From contig CAWBCW010000036.1 in assembly GCA_963787345.1 (NCBI GenBank), positions 36,608 through 100,607 on the forward strand: a DNA stretch of 64,000 nt, in the 5' to 3' direction. Every line of letters starts with the position of its first letter. Positions within the stretch are counted from its first letter, which is position 1. The translations under genes were made by a program, and so were the position numbers. A model generated the notes under the pieces. It searched no databases, was not told where the DNA came from, and saw only the letters and a list, made by a program, of their open reading frames with translations. Below, piece after piece: positions 10,182-19,748 of this stretch. This DNA is from an uncultured Bacillaceae bacterium. GTDB lineage: Bacteria; Bacillota; Bacilli; Bacillales; Cytobacillaceae.

Positions 10182-11656
10182 AACCCTTCTTTTCTCCGCT
10201 TACTTTTCTGTACAGCTTCTTTTGTACATTCGTAAACCCCTTTTCCGATTAGACTCCCTAAAGGAGTGATCGTACCAGCAAACTCAAAGGATTTTCCCTT
10301 TTGGGCGGCTGCAATAAGGATGCTATCTGTAGATGTTCCCGTTGCAATCGTCCCAGTTATTGGATCTAAAATCTGCAAATCCTGCAGGACCTTTACCTTT
10401 GCCTCTGTCGACGTCATAATACATTGAATGAAAGCTTCTTCAGTTAAATTCCCCTCTACAAACACCCATGTATTAATCGTGCCAGGCTGCGGGTTATCAA
10501 AGCTTCGTTCATAACCTTTCGCTGCATCGACCGCATTCCCTACCCCAGCTGTAACTACAATGAGGATGGAGCAGTCGTCTTCCTCATAAACTCTTGATAC
10601 GACATCCTCCGTTACAACTGCTGTCATCATTCCAACCGTTTGTGATGGATCAAAGCCATTTTCTCTTAAAAAGTTTGCCATTTCCTCACGATGGTTGCTG
10701 CAATTATAATCTTTATCCACATGGCGGTTAACAAAAGTATCATGCCAGCCTGTTCCCGATCCGATCACTCCTGAAGACATCGTTCGAAGCGGGCTTGGTG
10801 TTTTCAAGACAATATATTCGGATGTAATGTTTAGTTCGGAATCGGTTACTTTTTCATCTTTTCTTAAAAAGGTAGATTCCGGAAGAAGAACCATTTGCGG
10901 CGCTGGTACCTTTGGATGCGGATGTTTCTCAATTTTAGTATGATAAACTTCCTCAATGATTTCCTGTTTCAATACTTCATTTGGTGTATTATATCGTTTG
11001 ACTTTTCCATCCTGAAGAAGCAGTAAACGATCACAGTATAAACCAGCCAAATTTAAATCATGAAAAATCGATACAACCGTCAATGACTTTTCCCTTGTCC
11101 ACTTTTTCAACAAATCAAGCAATTCCTTTTGATAAGACAAATCAAGGTGGTTCGTTGGTTCATCGAGAAGGAGAATTTCCGGTTCCTGCGCGAGCGCCTG
11201 AGCAAGGAAAGCACGTTGTCTTTCCCCGCCGGAAAGCAGCCCAATCGGATGATCTTGGAGGGAAGAGACTCCAGTCCAATTCATGACCTCATTAACAATC
11301 GTCTCGTCCTTCTCACTCCATTCTTTGAAAAGCCCCTTTTGATGGGCATACCTGCCTAAAGAAACTGTTTCTTTAACACTGTAAGAAAAGGATTCCGAGC
11401 TATGCTGAGAAAGAACCGCGATTATTCTAGCAAGCTGCTTGGTCGAGTACTTTTTTAAAGGCTCCCCATTTAAAAGAATCTCCCCGTCCCTAAAAGGCTG
11501 CACCCCGCTCATCATTTTTAATAAGGTCGTTTTTCCGCTTCCATTTGGGCCGATAATCCCAAAAAGTTCTCCTTTATGGATCTCAATTGAAACGTCTGAA
11601 AGAATATTTTCCTCTCCATATCCCCCATGTAAATGTTGGATTTCAAGCATGTTCAT
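10178..11656 (-). CDS. BtuD-type ABC ATPase fused to CbiZ adenosylcobinamide amidohydrolase
   Basis: N-terminal GPNGSGKT, LSGGERQR and LLLDEPT; C-terminal GMMTAV, VTAGVGNA, GTINT and ATGTSTD. Confidence 0.85.
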   Translation of the reverse strand: MNMLEIQHLHGGYGEENILSDVSIEIHKGELFGIIGPNGSGKTTLLKMMSGVQPFRDGEILLNGEPLKKYSTKQLARIIAVLSQHSSESFSYSVKETVSLGRYAHQKGLFKEWSEKDETIVNEVMNWTGVSSLQDHPIGLLSGGERQRAFLAQALAQEPEILLLDEPTNHLDLSYQKELLDLLKKWTREKSLTVVSIFHDLNLAGLYCDRLLLLQDGKVKRYNTPNEVLKQEIIEEVYHTKIEKHPHPKVPAPQMVLLPESTFLRKDEKVTDSELNITSEYIVLKTPSPLRTMSSGVIGSGTGWHDTFVNRHVDKDYNCSNHREEMANFLRENGFDPSQTVGMMTAVVTEDVVSRVYEEDDCSILIVVTAGVGNAVDAAKGYERSFDNPQPGTINTWVFVEGNLTEEAFIQCIMTSTEAKVKVLQDLQILDPITGTIATGTSTDSILIAAAQKGKSFEFAGTITPLGSLIGKGVYECTKEAVQKSKRRKEGL

Positions 11657-12711
11657 CTCCTTCTTTCCTTCTTTTTCCGGGCAATCAATATCGCCGCAAA
11701 TACGGGTGCGCCGACCAACGAAGTAATTACTCCAATTGGCAGCTCAGTCGGTGAAATAATTGTTCTTGCGATTAAATCAGCTAACATCAAGAATCCACTT
11801 CCTGTTAGCAGAGACAAAGGCAATAAATGTTTATGGTCAGGCCCCCATAAAATTCGAGTTAAGTGGGGGATGACTAAACCGACGAAACCAATTGTACCCG
11901 AAACAGCTACAGCCGCGCCTGTTAAAATCGAGCCTGCTGTTAAGACAAACATTTTGCGCCTTTGAACATTGACCCCTAAATGCTGGGCTCGCTCCTCTCC
12001 AAATGACATGGCATTTAGTTCATTGACATTCACCAATAAAAGAATAGAACCAATAATGAAGAATGGCAGAATGATTTTGATATATGACCAGCCTCTCATC
12101 GACACACTGCCAAGCAGCCAACTAATAATATGCCGAAGTTCATCACCAGTTAATGCAATCATTAACGAAATAAAAGCCCCTAAAAATGAACTGAAAATAA
12201 TTCCTGTTAAAATAATCGTTTCTACCTTCATCGAACGTTCGATTTTTTGGGCAAAGAAGAGAACCAAAAGAATCGTAAAAAACGAAAAGAGGATGCTTAA
12301 AAATGGCAATGTAAAAGCTCCGATAATAGGCAGCGAAATATTGAAAAAGAGGGTTAACACTGCACCTACTGATGCACCTGATGAAATACCAAGCGTATAA
12401 GGGTCAGCGAGAGGATTTCTTAATAAACCTTGAAAGGCGGCTCCTGCAACCGCAAGAGACGCCCCTACTAAACCTGCCAATATGACTCGCGGCAGCCGAA
12501 TATCCATCACAATATTTATGTACATCGGATCAATATGACTCGTGGAATAACGGAAAACTACGGCACCTAGAATTTGAACAATATCAAAAACCGGTACACG
12601 AACCGTACCGATTGAGATCGAAATCAGCATAGAGCCTAGAAAAAAGGCTCCTGCTAATAGATATGCAAACCACTTATTCGTTAAAAAGATCTGGGTATAC
12701 CGCTTTTGCAA
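11653..12711 (-). CDS. btuC: Corrinoid ABC transporter permease (FecCD/BtuC)
   Basis: IRLPRVILA, QGLLRNPLADP and IGFVGLVIPH; downstream of the B12 riboswitch. Confidence 0.9.
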   Translation of the reverse strand: MQKRYTQIFLTNKWFAYLLAGAFFLGSMLISISIGTVRVPVFDIVQILGAVVFRYSTSHIDPMYINIVMDIRLPRVILAGLVGASLAVAGAAFQGLLRNPLADPYTLGISSGASVGAVLTLFFNISLPIIGAFTLPFLSILFSFFTILLVLFFAQKIERSMKVETIILTGIIFSSFLGAFISLMIALTGDELRHIISWLLGSVSMRGWSYIKIILPFFIIGSILLLVNVNELNAMSFGEERAQHLGVNVQRRKMFVLTAGSILTGAAVAVSGTIGFVGLVIPHLTRILWGPDHKHLLPLSLLTGSGFLMLADLIARTIISPTELPIGVITSLVGAPVFAAILIARKKKERRR

Positions 12712-13639
12712 GTTCCTCTACTCCTTCAACAAGACGAGGGCCAGGACGGGTTACTGTGTCTGAATTAACATCAACCACTTGCTCATTTTTAATTGCATTC
12801 ATATCCTGCCAGCCTTCACGACTTAAGACTTGTTGTACTGCATTTTCAACATAGTCACCATATGTTAGCACGATCACATCAGGGTTGGCTGCGATCACAG
12901 CTTCTTGATCCAATTGTGGCCAACCAGATTCTGTCACTATATTTTCTGCATTAACCATTGTTAGCATTTCATCCATAATCGAATCTTTTCCTACCGTAAA
13001 GTGAGCTGGGTCAATTTCAATATATACGTTTTTCTTATCCTTTATTTCCGCAACTTTTTCTTGAATTTCTTCTACCTTTGTTCTCATGTTTGAAACGAGC
13101 TTTTCTGCTTCTTCTGCTGCACCTGTTGCTTTCCCAATCACTTCAATTGAATCATACACCTCAGAGAAAGTATCCGCATCCTGAACTGTAAAAACGGTAA
13201 TCCCAGCACCTCTTAATTGTTGAATTCCTTCTTCCGATAAGCCCATCGCTGATCCATGTCCAAGAACAAGATCCGGCTGTAATGAAATAATTTTCTCCAC
13301 ATTAAATTCCATGTCGCCTACCGTTTCTTTCCCCTTTACTTCCTCTGGATACGTATCATTATCGGTAACTCCCACAATCTTATCGCCAAGTCCTAACTCA
13401 AAAGCGATCTCCGTATTACTCGGTATCAACGAAACAATCCGCTCCGGCTTGCTCTCAATAACAACTTCTTCACCCGTTGCGTCTTTTATCGTAACCGGAA
13501 AACTAGTTGATTCCGGTTGCTCCGTTCCTGCCCCTTGATTGTTATCGTTCTTTTCTGTTTCATTATTTGCTGTACCGCATCCGACTAAAACTCCAATCGA
13601 AAGCAACAGGATAAACAATAATGCATGAACCTTTTTCAA
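12674..13639 (-). CDS. btuF: Corrinoid ABC transporter binding lipoprotein
   Basis: Lipobox LVGC, PERIVSL.PSNTE and RPGPR; first gene after the riboswitch. Confidence 0.9.
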   Translation of the reverse strand: MKKVHALLFILLLSIGVLVGCGTANNETEKNDNNQGAGTEQPESTSFPVTIKDATGEEVVIESKPERIVSLIPSNTEIAFELGLGDKIVGVTDNDTYPEEVKGKETVGDMEFNVEKIISLQPDLVLGHGSAMGLSEEGIQQLRGAGITVFTVQDADTFSEVYDSIEVIGKATGAAEEAEKLVSNMRTKVEEIQEKVAEIKDKKNVYIEIDPAHFTVGKDSIMDEMLTMVNAENIVTESGWPQLDQEAVIAANPDVIVLTYGDYVENAVQQVLSREGWQDMNAIKNEQVVDVNSDTVTRPGPRLVEGVEELAKAVYPDLFNE

Positions 13640-13741
13640 ATTGATCTCCCCTTTTTCTAATTATTAATTACTTACTTTTATACCTTTATTAAAATGGCTT
13701 TAATGCTAGTGTTGCCTCAAAATTAGCCGTTAACAGAGCCA

Positions 13742-13778
13742 TAAAAACAAAAAAGCATCTCTATGAGTTAAGAGATGC
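13742..13778 (-). terminator. Intrinsic terminator of the riboswitch expression platform
   Basis: GCATCTCT/AGAGATGC stem followed by a U-tract on the minus strand. Confidence 0.8.
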
Positions 13779-13849
13779 AGAAAGACCGTTGTTTACTAGC
13801 CGTTCATACACCTTCCTATCCTCGTAGGTTTGTGTTGGTGCAGAAAAAC

Positions 13850-14040
13850 TAGGCAGGTCTCCTGGCTCTTGGTCATCGTTCCCCGCTCCTTCCCGTACAG
13901 ATTGTACAGTGGATGTGCAGGTTACTCGCAATTACAGTGGCGGGACCGCGTTGGATTTTCACCAACTTCCCTATTAAGTCTTAAAAAAACAGAAAAGCCG
14001 AAATGCTAAAGATCTTTCTTCTTTTCCAAAGACACCTAAT
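13850..14040 (-). ncRNA. Cobalamin riboswitch
   Basis: Minus strand reads AGGGAAGTTGGTGAAAATCCAACGCGGTCCCGCCACTGTAA...CCACTG...GGGAAGG...GAGCCAGGAGACCTGCC. Confidence 0.95.
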
Positions 14041-14134
14041 TTTTTCGTATGAAATTTTCCGTTCATTGTTCACATTATAGCATGTTATGCTAAATTGGGA
14101 AGATTTTCTCCAAAACAACTCTAAATTTGTCGAA

Positions 14135-14905
14135 TTAATTAGAGCGCATCTTCCACTCCCGCGACTTTTTATCAAAAATCAACTTAGCATCACAAGCTCG
14201 TTTTCGACTCTTTTCGTACTCCTCGTGCATGTCATCCATATTGGAAAAGTCACCGATCACCCACATTGGAATCTCAACTTGATTACGGCTCTGGGCAATT
14301 TCTTTCAGGGATAGGACCATCCCTTCACTCATGTATCCCTTTAACGAGAGTAAAAGGTGCTGATCAACAGAAGGATAGACCTTTTTCTTCATTAGACTTA
14401 AAAGACCTTTCCCAGGTTTGATGACATCCAGTTTCATCGGAATCATTTCACCAAGCAAATGATAGAAATCATTTAAATTACGATAATACGTTTTATTAAG
14501 CCACCCGTCATCAATAGCTAGATAAGTAAACCGATTTCCCAAATAATTATAAAATGGGGCACGCAGCGGTTCCTTCATATGGCCGAGATAAAGCAGTTCG
14601 GCTAATACCTGTCCAGAAACTTCATCCAATCCTTCCATTTCCTCAAAGTCAATCCAACAAAAATCACCATATCGGGATACGTCTTCCCCTGCTAATTTCA
14701 TTACCCGTTTCCGAGGAATATAATCAAGTAATGTGTGTAAATTAACATCAGCATCATCAAAACGATGTTTAAGCAAAAGCATATGATTGATCGAGTCATA
14801 CAACGCTCGGACAAACTCACTAAAGTCAATCCCTGATGATAAAACATACCGGTTTCTTTCATTTAAATGGACGTAAATAACACCTTGTTTCCGATTCCTT
14901 TTCAA
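14135..14905 (-). CDS. Hypothetical protein
   Basis: 256 aa ORF with RBS (GGGGGT) and TTG start; no recognisable motif. Confidence 0.75.
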   Translation of the reverse strand: MKRNRKQGVIYVHLNERNRYVLSSGIDFSEFVRALYDSINHMLLLKHRFDDADVNLHTLLDYIPRKRVMKLAGEDVSRYGDFCWIDFEEMEGLDEVSGQVLAELLYLGHMKEPLRAPFYNYLGNRFTYLAIDDGWLNKTYYRNLNDFYHLLGEMIPMKLDVIKPGKGLLSLMKKKVYPSVDQHLLLSLKGYMSEGMVLSLKEIAQSRNQVEIPMWVIGDFSNMDDMHEEYEKSRKRACDAKLIFDKKSREWKMRSN

Positions 14906-15219
14906 CGACGAGACCCCCGAACAAATGTTAAAAGCAGACTATAGTCACAATATCTTGATTATATAATAGCAGATTATAGAGAAAATATCTTATATATAAA
15001 CACCTTGTAATCATTCTGTATGGATTGTAATAAAACAGATTACCTTTTATTTCTTCTACCCTTCCCCTTTTCATTAAACAGACATATTTTATAATATCGT
15101 ACTACACTTTTTCACAACCTTTGAAAACTTTCGTTTCAAAATAATTATTTTTTCATTATAATAAGCGTTGGAGCTCTGCACTTAAATAGATAGATAATAC
15201 CTTTTCCTGCGGAAGGAGA

Positions 15220-16587
15220 GTGAGAAGTATGATTCAAAACTTAACCGAGGATCAAATCACACTTCAAATCATTAAAGCTTTAAAAGAAAATAAACAAAAA
15301 GACTTGGATGCCATATTAGAAGAATTGCATCCGTATGACATTGCTCAAATCTATAAAGGTCTGCCGGAAAAGCACCGCATCCGCTTTCTCATTCATTTGA
15401 AGATTAATGTCCTTGCCGACTTTATCCAAGAATTAAATCGAGAAGAGCAATTTGATGTCTTAAATCGTCTTGGAATTGACCGGAAAAATAAAGTTCTCGA
15501 TGAAATGGATAATGATGACTTAGCTTCCCTCTTGGATGAACTATCGCCTGAAAAGATGGAAGCCCTATTATCAGGAATGAAAAAGGAAGAGTCGCAAATT
15601 GTTCAGGATATCATTAACTATCCTCCTGAAACATCCGGACGGTTGATGACAAACCGCTTTGTCTGGATTCGGGACTACTATACAGTTAAAGATGCTGTAG
15701 GAAAACTAAAAAGCTTTGCAGAATTTGCCGAAACAATTAACTACTTGTATGTCGTCGACCAACATCGAAAACTCGTGGGGGTTGTCTCCTATCGTGACTT
15801 ACTTTTAGCCGATGCCGAGGTGCGGATTCATAGCATTATGTATGAACGGGTTATTGCAGTTCCTGATTCAGCCGACCAAGAAGAAGTCGCTCGACTAATT
15901 GGACGCTATGACTTCCTGGCAATTCCTGTTGTTAATGAAGAAAATGTGTTAGTCGGTATTGTAACGATCGATGATATTATTGACGTCGTCATCCAAGAAG
16001 CAAATGAAGACATTGAAAAATTATCTGCATCTGGTAAATCCATTGATTTTGATACGAAAGCGTTTGTAGCTTCCTATCGACGGCTTCCTTGGCTGATTTT
16101 ACTCTTATTTATTGGACTCATCTCAGGCAGTATTATTAGCAACTATGAACAAACCTTGCAGAAAGTGGTCGCTCTTACTTATTTCATGCCGATGATTTCA
16201 GGGATGACAGGAAACACCGGAACCCAATCATTAGCTGTTGTCGTACGAGGGCTCGCAACAGATGACCTAGATAAAAAGGCAATTTTCCGAGTAATTATGA
16301 GGGAATTTAAAGTCGGACTGATGATTGGGTTAACGTGCGGAATTTTAATTTCCATTATTGCCTACGTTTGGCAAGGAAATGCGATTCTCGGTTTAGTCGT
16401 AGGTGCCTCGCTTTTCCTTACTTTGATCATTGGTACGTTAGCAGGAACGATCATCCCTGTATGTCTCTATAAAGTGAAGATTGACCCTGCAGTTGCATCA
16501 GGACCGTTAATTACAACATTAAATGATATTTTCTCCTTAATAATTTACTTTGGCATTGCCACTGCTTTTATTTATTATTTAATTTAA
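15220..16587 (+). CDS. mgtE: Magnesium transporter MgtE
   Basis: LHPYDIA N-terminus, CBS pair, RRLPWL, MTGNTGTQS and DPAVASGPLITTLND. Confidence 0.95.
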   Translation: MRSMIQNLTEDQITLQIIKALKENKQKDLDAILEELHPYDIAQIYKGLPEKHRIRFLIHLKINVLADFIQELNREEQFDVLNRLGIDRKNKVLDEMDNDDLASLLDELSPEKMEALLSGMKKEESQIVQDIINYPPETSGRLMTNRFVWIRDYYTVKDAVGKLKSFAEFAETINYLYVVDQHRKLVGVVSYRDLLLADAEVRIHSIMYERVIAVPDSADQEEVARLIGRYDFLAIPVVNEENVLVGIVTIDDIIDVVIQEANEDIEKLSASGKSIDFDTKAFVASYRRLPWLILLLFIGLISGSIISNYEQTLQKVVALTYFMPMISGMTGNTGTQSLAVVVRGLATDDLDKKAIFRVIMREFKVGLMIGLTCGILISIIAYVWQGNAILGLVVGASLFLTLIIGTLAGTIIPVCLYKVKIDPAVASGPLITTLNDIFSLIIYFGIATAFIYYLI

Positions 16588-16614
16588 AGGCACAAATCTG
16601 TTTGTGTCTTTTTT
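16586..16614 (+). terminator. Intrinsic terminator after mgtE
   Basis: GGCACAAA/TTTGTGTC stem plus T-tract. Confidence 0.7.
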
Positions 16615-16641
16615 CTGCGGAAAAATTGGTTACCGATAAAT

Positions 16642-16668
16642 TGAAACCTTAGTAGCAGTTAGAACGTT
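16642..16668 (+). promoter_or_regulatory. ECF (SigM/SigW-like) promoter candidate
   Basis: TGAAAC-N17-CGTT upstream of rodA. Confidence 0.5.
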
Positions 16669-16760
16669 AAATATATTGTCGAAAGTGAAATTCTCTGCTA
16701 GTCTGTTAATAGATTCGAAATATTGTTACTTTAACCTTGAGTGAAAATAGGTGAACATTC

Positions 16761-17966
16761 ATGGATTATAAAAAGAAAGTGGCCGAAAGGTTCGATTGGT
16801 CTTTAACTCTCTTATTATTTTTATTTTTTCTAGTTAGCTGTATAGCCATTTACAGTGGTCAAGCGTCAGGTCAGTATGGTGAAACCAATTTCTTAATCCA
16901 ACAAATTTTTTGGTATGCGGTAGGTGCGGGAATCATCGCAGTCGTAATGTACTTTGACAGTGATCAGCTCAAAAGACTCACTTGGTTTATTTATGGGTTT
17001 GGAATTTTATTATTATTCATATTAGCTGTTGCACCGATAACTCCTATCACTCCAAGAATAAATGGGGCACAAAGCTGGTTCCAACTTCCATTCGGTTCAA
17101 TTCAACCGTCCGAGTTTATGAAGGTTTTTCTCATCATTGCCTTAAGCAGGACGGTTCAAAGTCACAATGAAAAGACTTTAACGAGAACGATAAATACTGA
17201 TTTTAAGTTACTTTTTAAAATTGGACTCGTTACAGGGGTTCCCATTCTTCTTGTAATGATGCAGCCTGACTTAGGAACGTCGCTTGTTATGCTCGCCATT
17301 ATGACTGGGGTAATCTTCGCTTCAGGAATTTCGTGGAAGATCATTACAGCCATTTATGGATTTGGAATTACCCTTATGGGGATCATTTTGTACTTTGTTT
17401 TATGGGCACCACAAATTTTAGAGAAATATTTAAATGTAAAACCTTATCAGTTTGACCGTATTTATTCTTGGATTGATCCGAATAATAATGCGGGAGGTTA
17501 CCATTTATCCAACTCATTAAAAGCAATTGGCTCAGGTCAATTACTAGGAAAAGGGTTTGGAGATCGAAAAGTGTATATCCCAGAAAGTCACACGGATTTT
17601 ATTTTTAGTGTTATCGGCGAGGAATACGGCTTCTTAGGGGGAAGCATTGTCGTCGGTTTGTTTTTCCTCCTTATTTATCATCTAACAAAAACAGCTTTAG
17701 AAACAACCGATCCATTTAATACGTATATTTGTGTCGGTATTATTTGTATGATCACGTTTCACGTTTTTCAAAATATCGGGATGACCATTCAAGTATTACC
17801 GATCACCGGGATTCCACTCCCTTTTATTAGCTACGGAGGAAGTTCATTAATGGGAAATATGTTCGCAATGGGACTGATATACAGCATTCATTATCATCAT
17901 CGAAGCTATATGTTCTCATCAAACGAAACTTATAACGAGACAAATGTACGCGAACACAACTACTAA
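16761..17966 (+). CDS. rodA: SEDS family peptidoglycan polymerase (RodA)
   Basis: GAQSWF, IQPSEFMK, QPDLGT, YQFDRI and IPESHTDFIF. Confidence 0.88.
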   Translation: MDYKKKVAERFDWSLTLLLFLFFLVSCIAIYSGQASGQYGETNFLIQQIFWYAVGAGIIAVVMYFDSDQLKRLTWFIYGFGILLLFILAVAPITPITPRINGAQSWFQLPFGSIQPSEFMKVFLIIALSRTVQSHNEKTLTRTINTDFKLLFKIGLVTGVPILLVMMQPDLGTSLVMLAIMTGVIFASGISWKIITAIYGFGITLMGIILYFVLWAPQILEKYLNVKPYQFDRIYSWIDPNNNAGGYHLSNSLKAIGSGQLLGKGFGDRKVYIPESHTDFIFSVIGEEYGFLGGSIVVGLFFLLIYHLTKTALETTDPFNTYICVGIICMITFHVFQNIGMTIQVLPITGIPLPFISYGGSSLMGNMFAMGLIYSIHYHHRSYMFSSNETYNETNVREHNY

Positions 17967-17990
17967 TCAAACATTTGTTTAACCTCATCA

Positions 17991-18034
17991 AAGAGTCTAT
18001 TTCAAAACATTGCTTTTGAAATAGACTCTTTTTT
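17991..18034 (+). terminator. Intrinsic terminator after rodA
   Basis: 17 bp stem AAGAGTCTATTTCAAAA/TTTTGAAATAGACTCTT plus T-tract. Confidence 0.8.
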
Positions 18035-18112
18035 AGTTATCCATCTGTTATAGACTGATGGCGAATTTAAGATGAATACCTCTACTTTTAAATTATAATA
18101 ATAATTTAATTA

Positions 18113-18159
18113 AAATAATTATTATTTAGTATTGATTTTTAAAAACTATTTGTTATAAT
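18113..18159 (+). promoter_or_regulatory. Per/Fur-type box plus SigA promoter of dps
   Basis: Palindrome AAATAAT-T-ATTATTT (18113-18127); TTGATT-N16-TATAAT with extended TG. Confidence 0.55.
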
Positions 18160-18187
18160 AAATATATAAGATATCAAGGAGGAATGA

Positions 18188-18643
18188 TTGATAATGACCG
18201 TACAAACTAAAACCATTCAATCGGAGTTAAATTTACAAATTGCTAACTGGAGCGTTCTTTATACAAAGCTACATCGCTTCCACTGGTATGTAAAAGGTCC
18301 TGCATTCTTCACATTACACGCTAAATTTGAAGAGCTTTATGATGAAGCAGCACTTGTTGTAGACGAAGCAGCTGAACGTTTACTTGCTATTGGCGGTCAA
18401 CCTGTTGCTACATTGAAAGAATACTTAGAAACAGCAACGATCGAAGAATCAGCCCATGAAACTAAAGCGGCTGAAATGGTTGCAACTCTTGTTAAAGATT
18501 ACAATGCCATTAAAGAAAGCTTAAATAAATTAGCAAAAGTGGCTGACGCTGAAGATGATACGATCACAAACGATTTTGCTATTGGCCTAATTGAGAAAAT
18601 CGATACGCATGTTTGGATGCTTAGCGCTTTTTTAGAAGCTTAA
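18188..18643 (+). CDS. dps: Dps/MrgA DNA-protection ferritin
   Basis: LYTKLHRFHWYVKG, FFTLHAKFEELY and DEAAERLL. Confidence 0.95.
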   Translation: MIMTVQTKTIQSELNLQIANWSVLYTKLHRFHWYVKGPAFFTLHAKFEELYDEAALVVDEAAERLLAIGGQPVATLKEYLETATIEESAHETKAAEMVATLVKDYNAIKESLNKLAKVADAEDDTITNDFAIGLIEKIDTHVWMLSAFLEA

Positions 18644-18684
18644 GGTTTTGGGAATTATTCCCTCTATATAGTTTACCGAAAAAC

Positions 18685-18724
18685 AAGAAAAGAATATGTG
18701 AGCTAAGTCACATATTCTTTTCTT
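18685..18724. terminator. Bidirectional terminator
   Basis: 17 bp inverted repeat AAGAAAAGAATATGTGA/TCACATATTCTTTTCTT between convergent genes. Confidence 0.8.
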
Positions 18725-18733
18725 CTTGTTTTT

Positions 18734-19519
18734 TTATGACATTGGTCCTTCCAGCAATCCAGAATCAGGAAGTAAAGAGGAAAGTGGCACAATATTTGCC
18801 TGTTTTTGATATTCAGGGATATAACTTTTTAAAGCAGTGACTACTTTATCACCCGTTAGCCCCACATGGCCAATGGCAATCAAAAACTGTTCACTATCAC
18901 CCAGTTCTTTTATTAAATTGGATGCCTGCTTGTTGATGTGTCTATCCGTGTATACATGATCAAAAAACATATTGTTTTCTAAATAAGGGACGGATAATTC
19001 TTTGGCAAGTTTAGGTATGACACTTTTCCCCGTTGTTTTACTATCAAGATAAAACAATCCCTTTTCTTTACAAACCTCCAGCACAACCCTCATGATTCTT
19101 TCATCTTCCGTTACTTTCGATCCCATATGATGGTTCATGCCAACCGCATAAGGGATATCCTCAATCGCACGGGTTACCCCTTTCCTTATTTCGTCATCAC
19201 TCATATCTGTTGTAATCGCACCGGGTCCAAGCCAACTCTTCTTGCCTTTTTTCGGTTCCATCGGCAAATGGACAATCACTTCATGGCCTTTTTCATGAGC
19301 TAATTTTGCGTCTCTTTCAGTTGTTGATAAAAAAGGCATAATCGCTGCCGTGATCGGAATAGGAAGATTCAACATCTCCTCGGTTGCTTTCATATTGTTG
19401 CCGAAATCATCAATGACAATGGCAATTTCCTTTTTGTCCGGCTCTTTCGTTTCCTCTGACAGGACCGTATTTGGGAACACAAAGCAAATTAGAAGAATAG
19501 ACGTCATTAGAACTCTCAT
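18734..19519 (-). CDS. Divergent polysaccharide deacetylase (YibQ-like)
   Basis: IAIVIDDFG, IVHLPMEP, GMNHHMGS and FYLDSKT; N-terminal signal; ATG at 19519 after AAAGGAG. Confidence 0.88.
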   Translation of the reverse strand: MRVLMTSILLICFVFPNTVLSEETKEPDKKEIAIVIDDFGNNMKATEEMLNLPIPITAAIMPFLSTTERDAKLAHEKGHEVIVHLPMEPKKGKKSWLGPGAITTDMSDDEIRKGVTRAIEDIPYAVGMNHHMGSKVTEDERIMRVVLEVCKEKGLFYLDSKTTGKSVIPKLAKELSVPYLENNMFFDHVYTDRHINKQASNLIKELGDSEQFLIAIGHVGLTGDKVVTALKSYIPEYQKQANIVPLSSLLPDSGLLEGPMS

Positions 19520-19748
19520 AACAAAACAGCTCCTTTTTTTCTTATTAAGGTGTCTCAAATATAAGTTTATTAGTCGCAGAAGTTGAAAGCCTGCCGGGTT
19601 ACTTTTCCATAAAACGAAACTAGGTTTAATTAATGGATATTCCGGTTCAATTCCTCTCCATTTTGGGATTTCTCCTCAAAATCTTCTTAAGAACAGTCCA
19701 CTTTTTTATAAAAACGTCAAAAAAGAGGAGCCTTTGGCCCCTCTTCTC

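Noticed and set aside
14906-15219. M-box (Mg2+) riboswitch upstream of mgtE
   Set aside because: The region is AT-rich and I found no conserved M-box core or terminator
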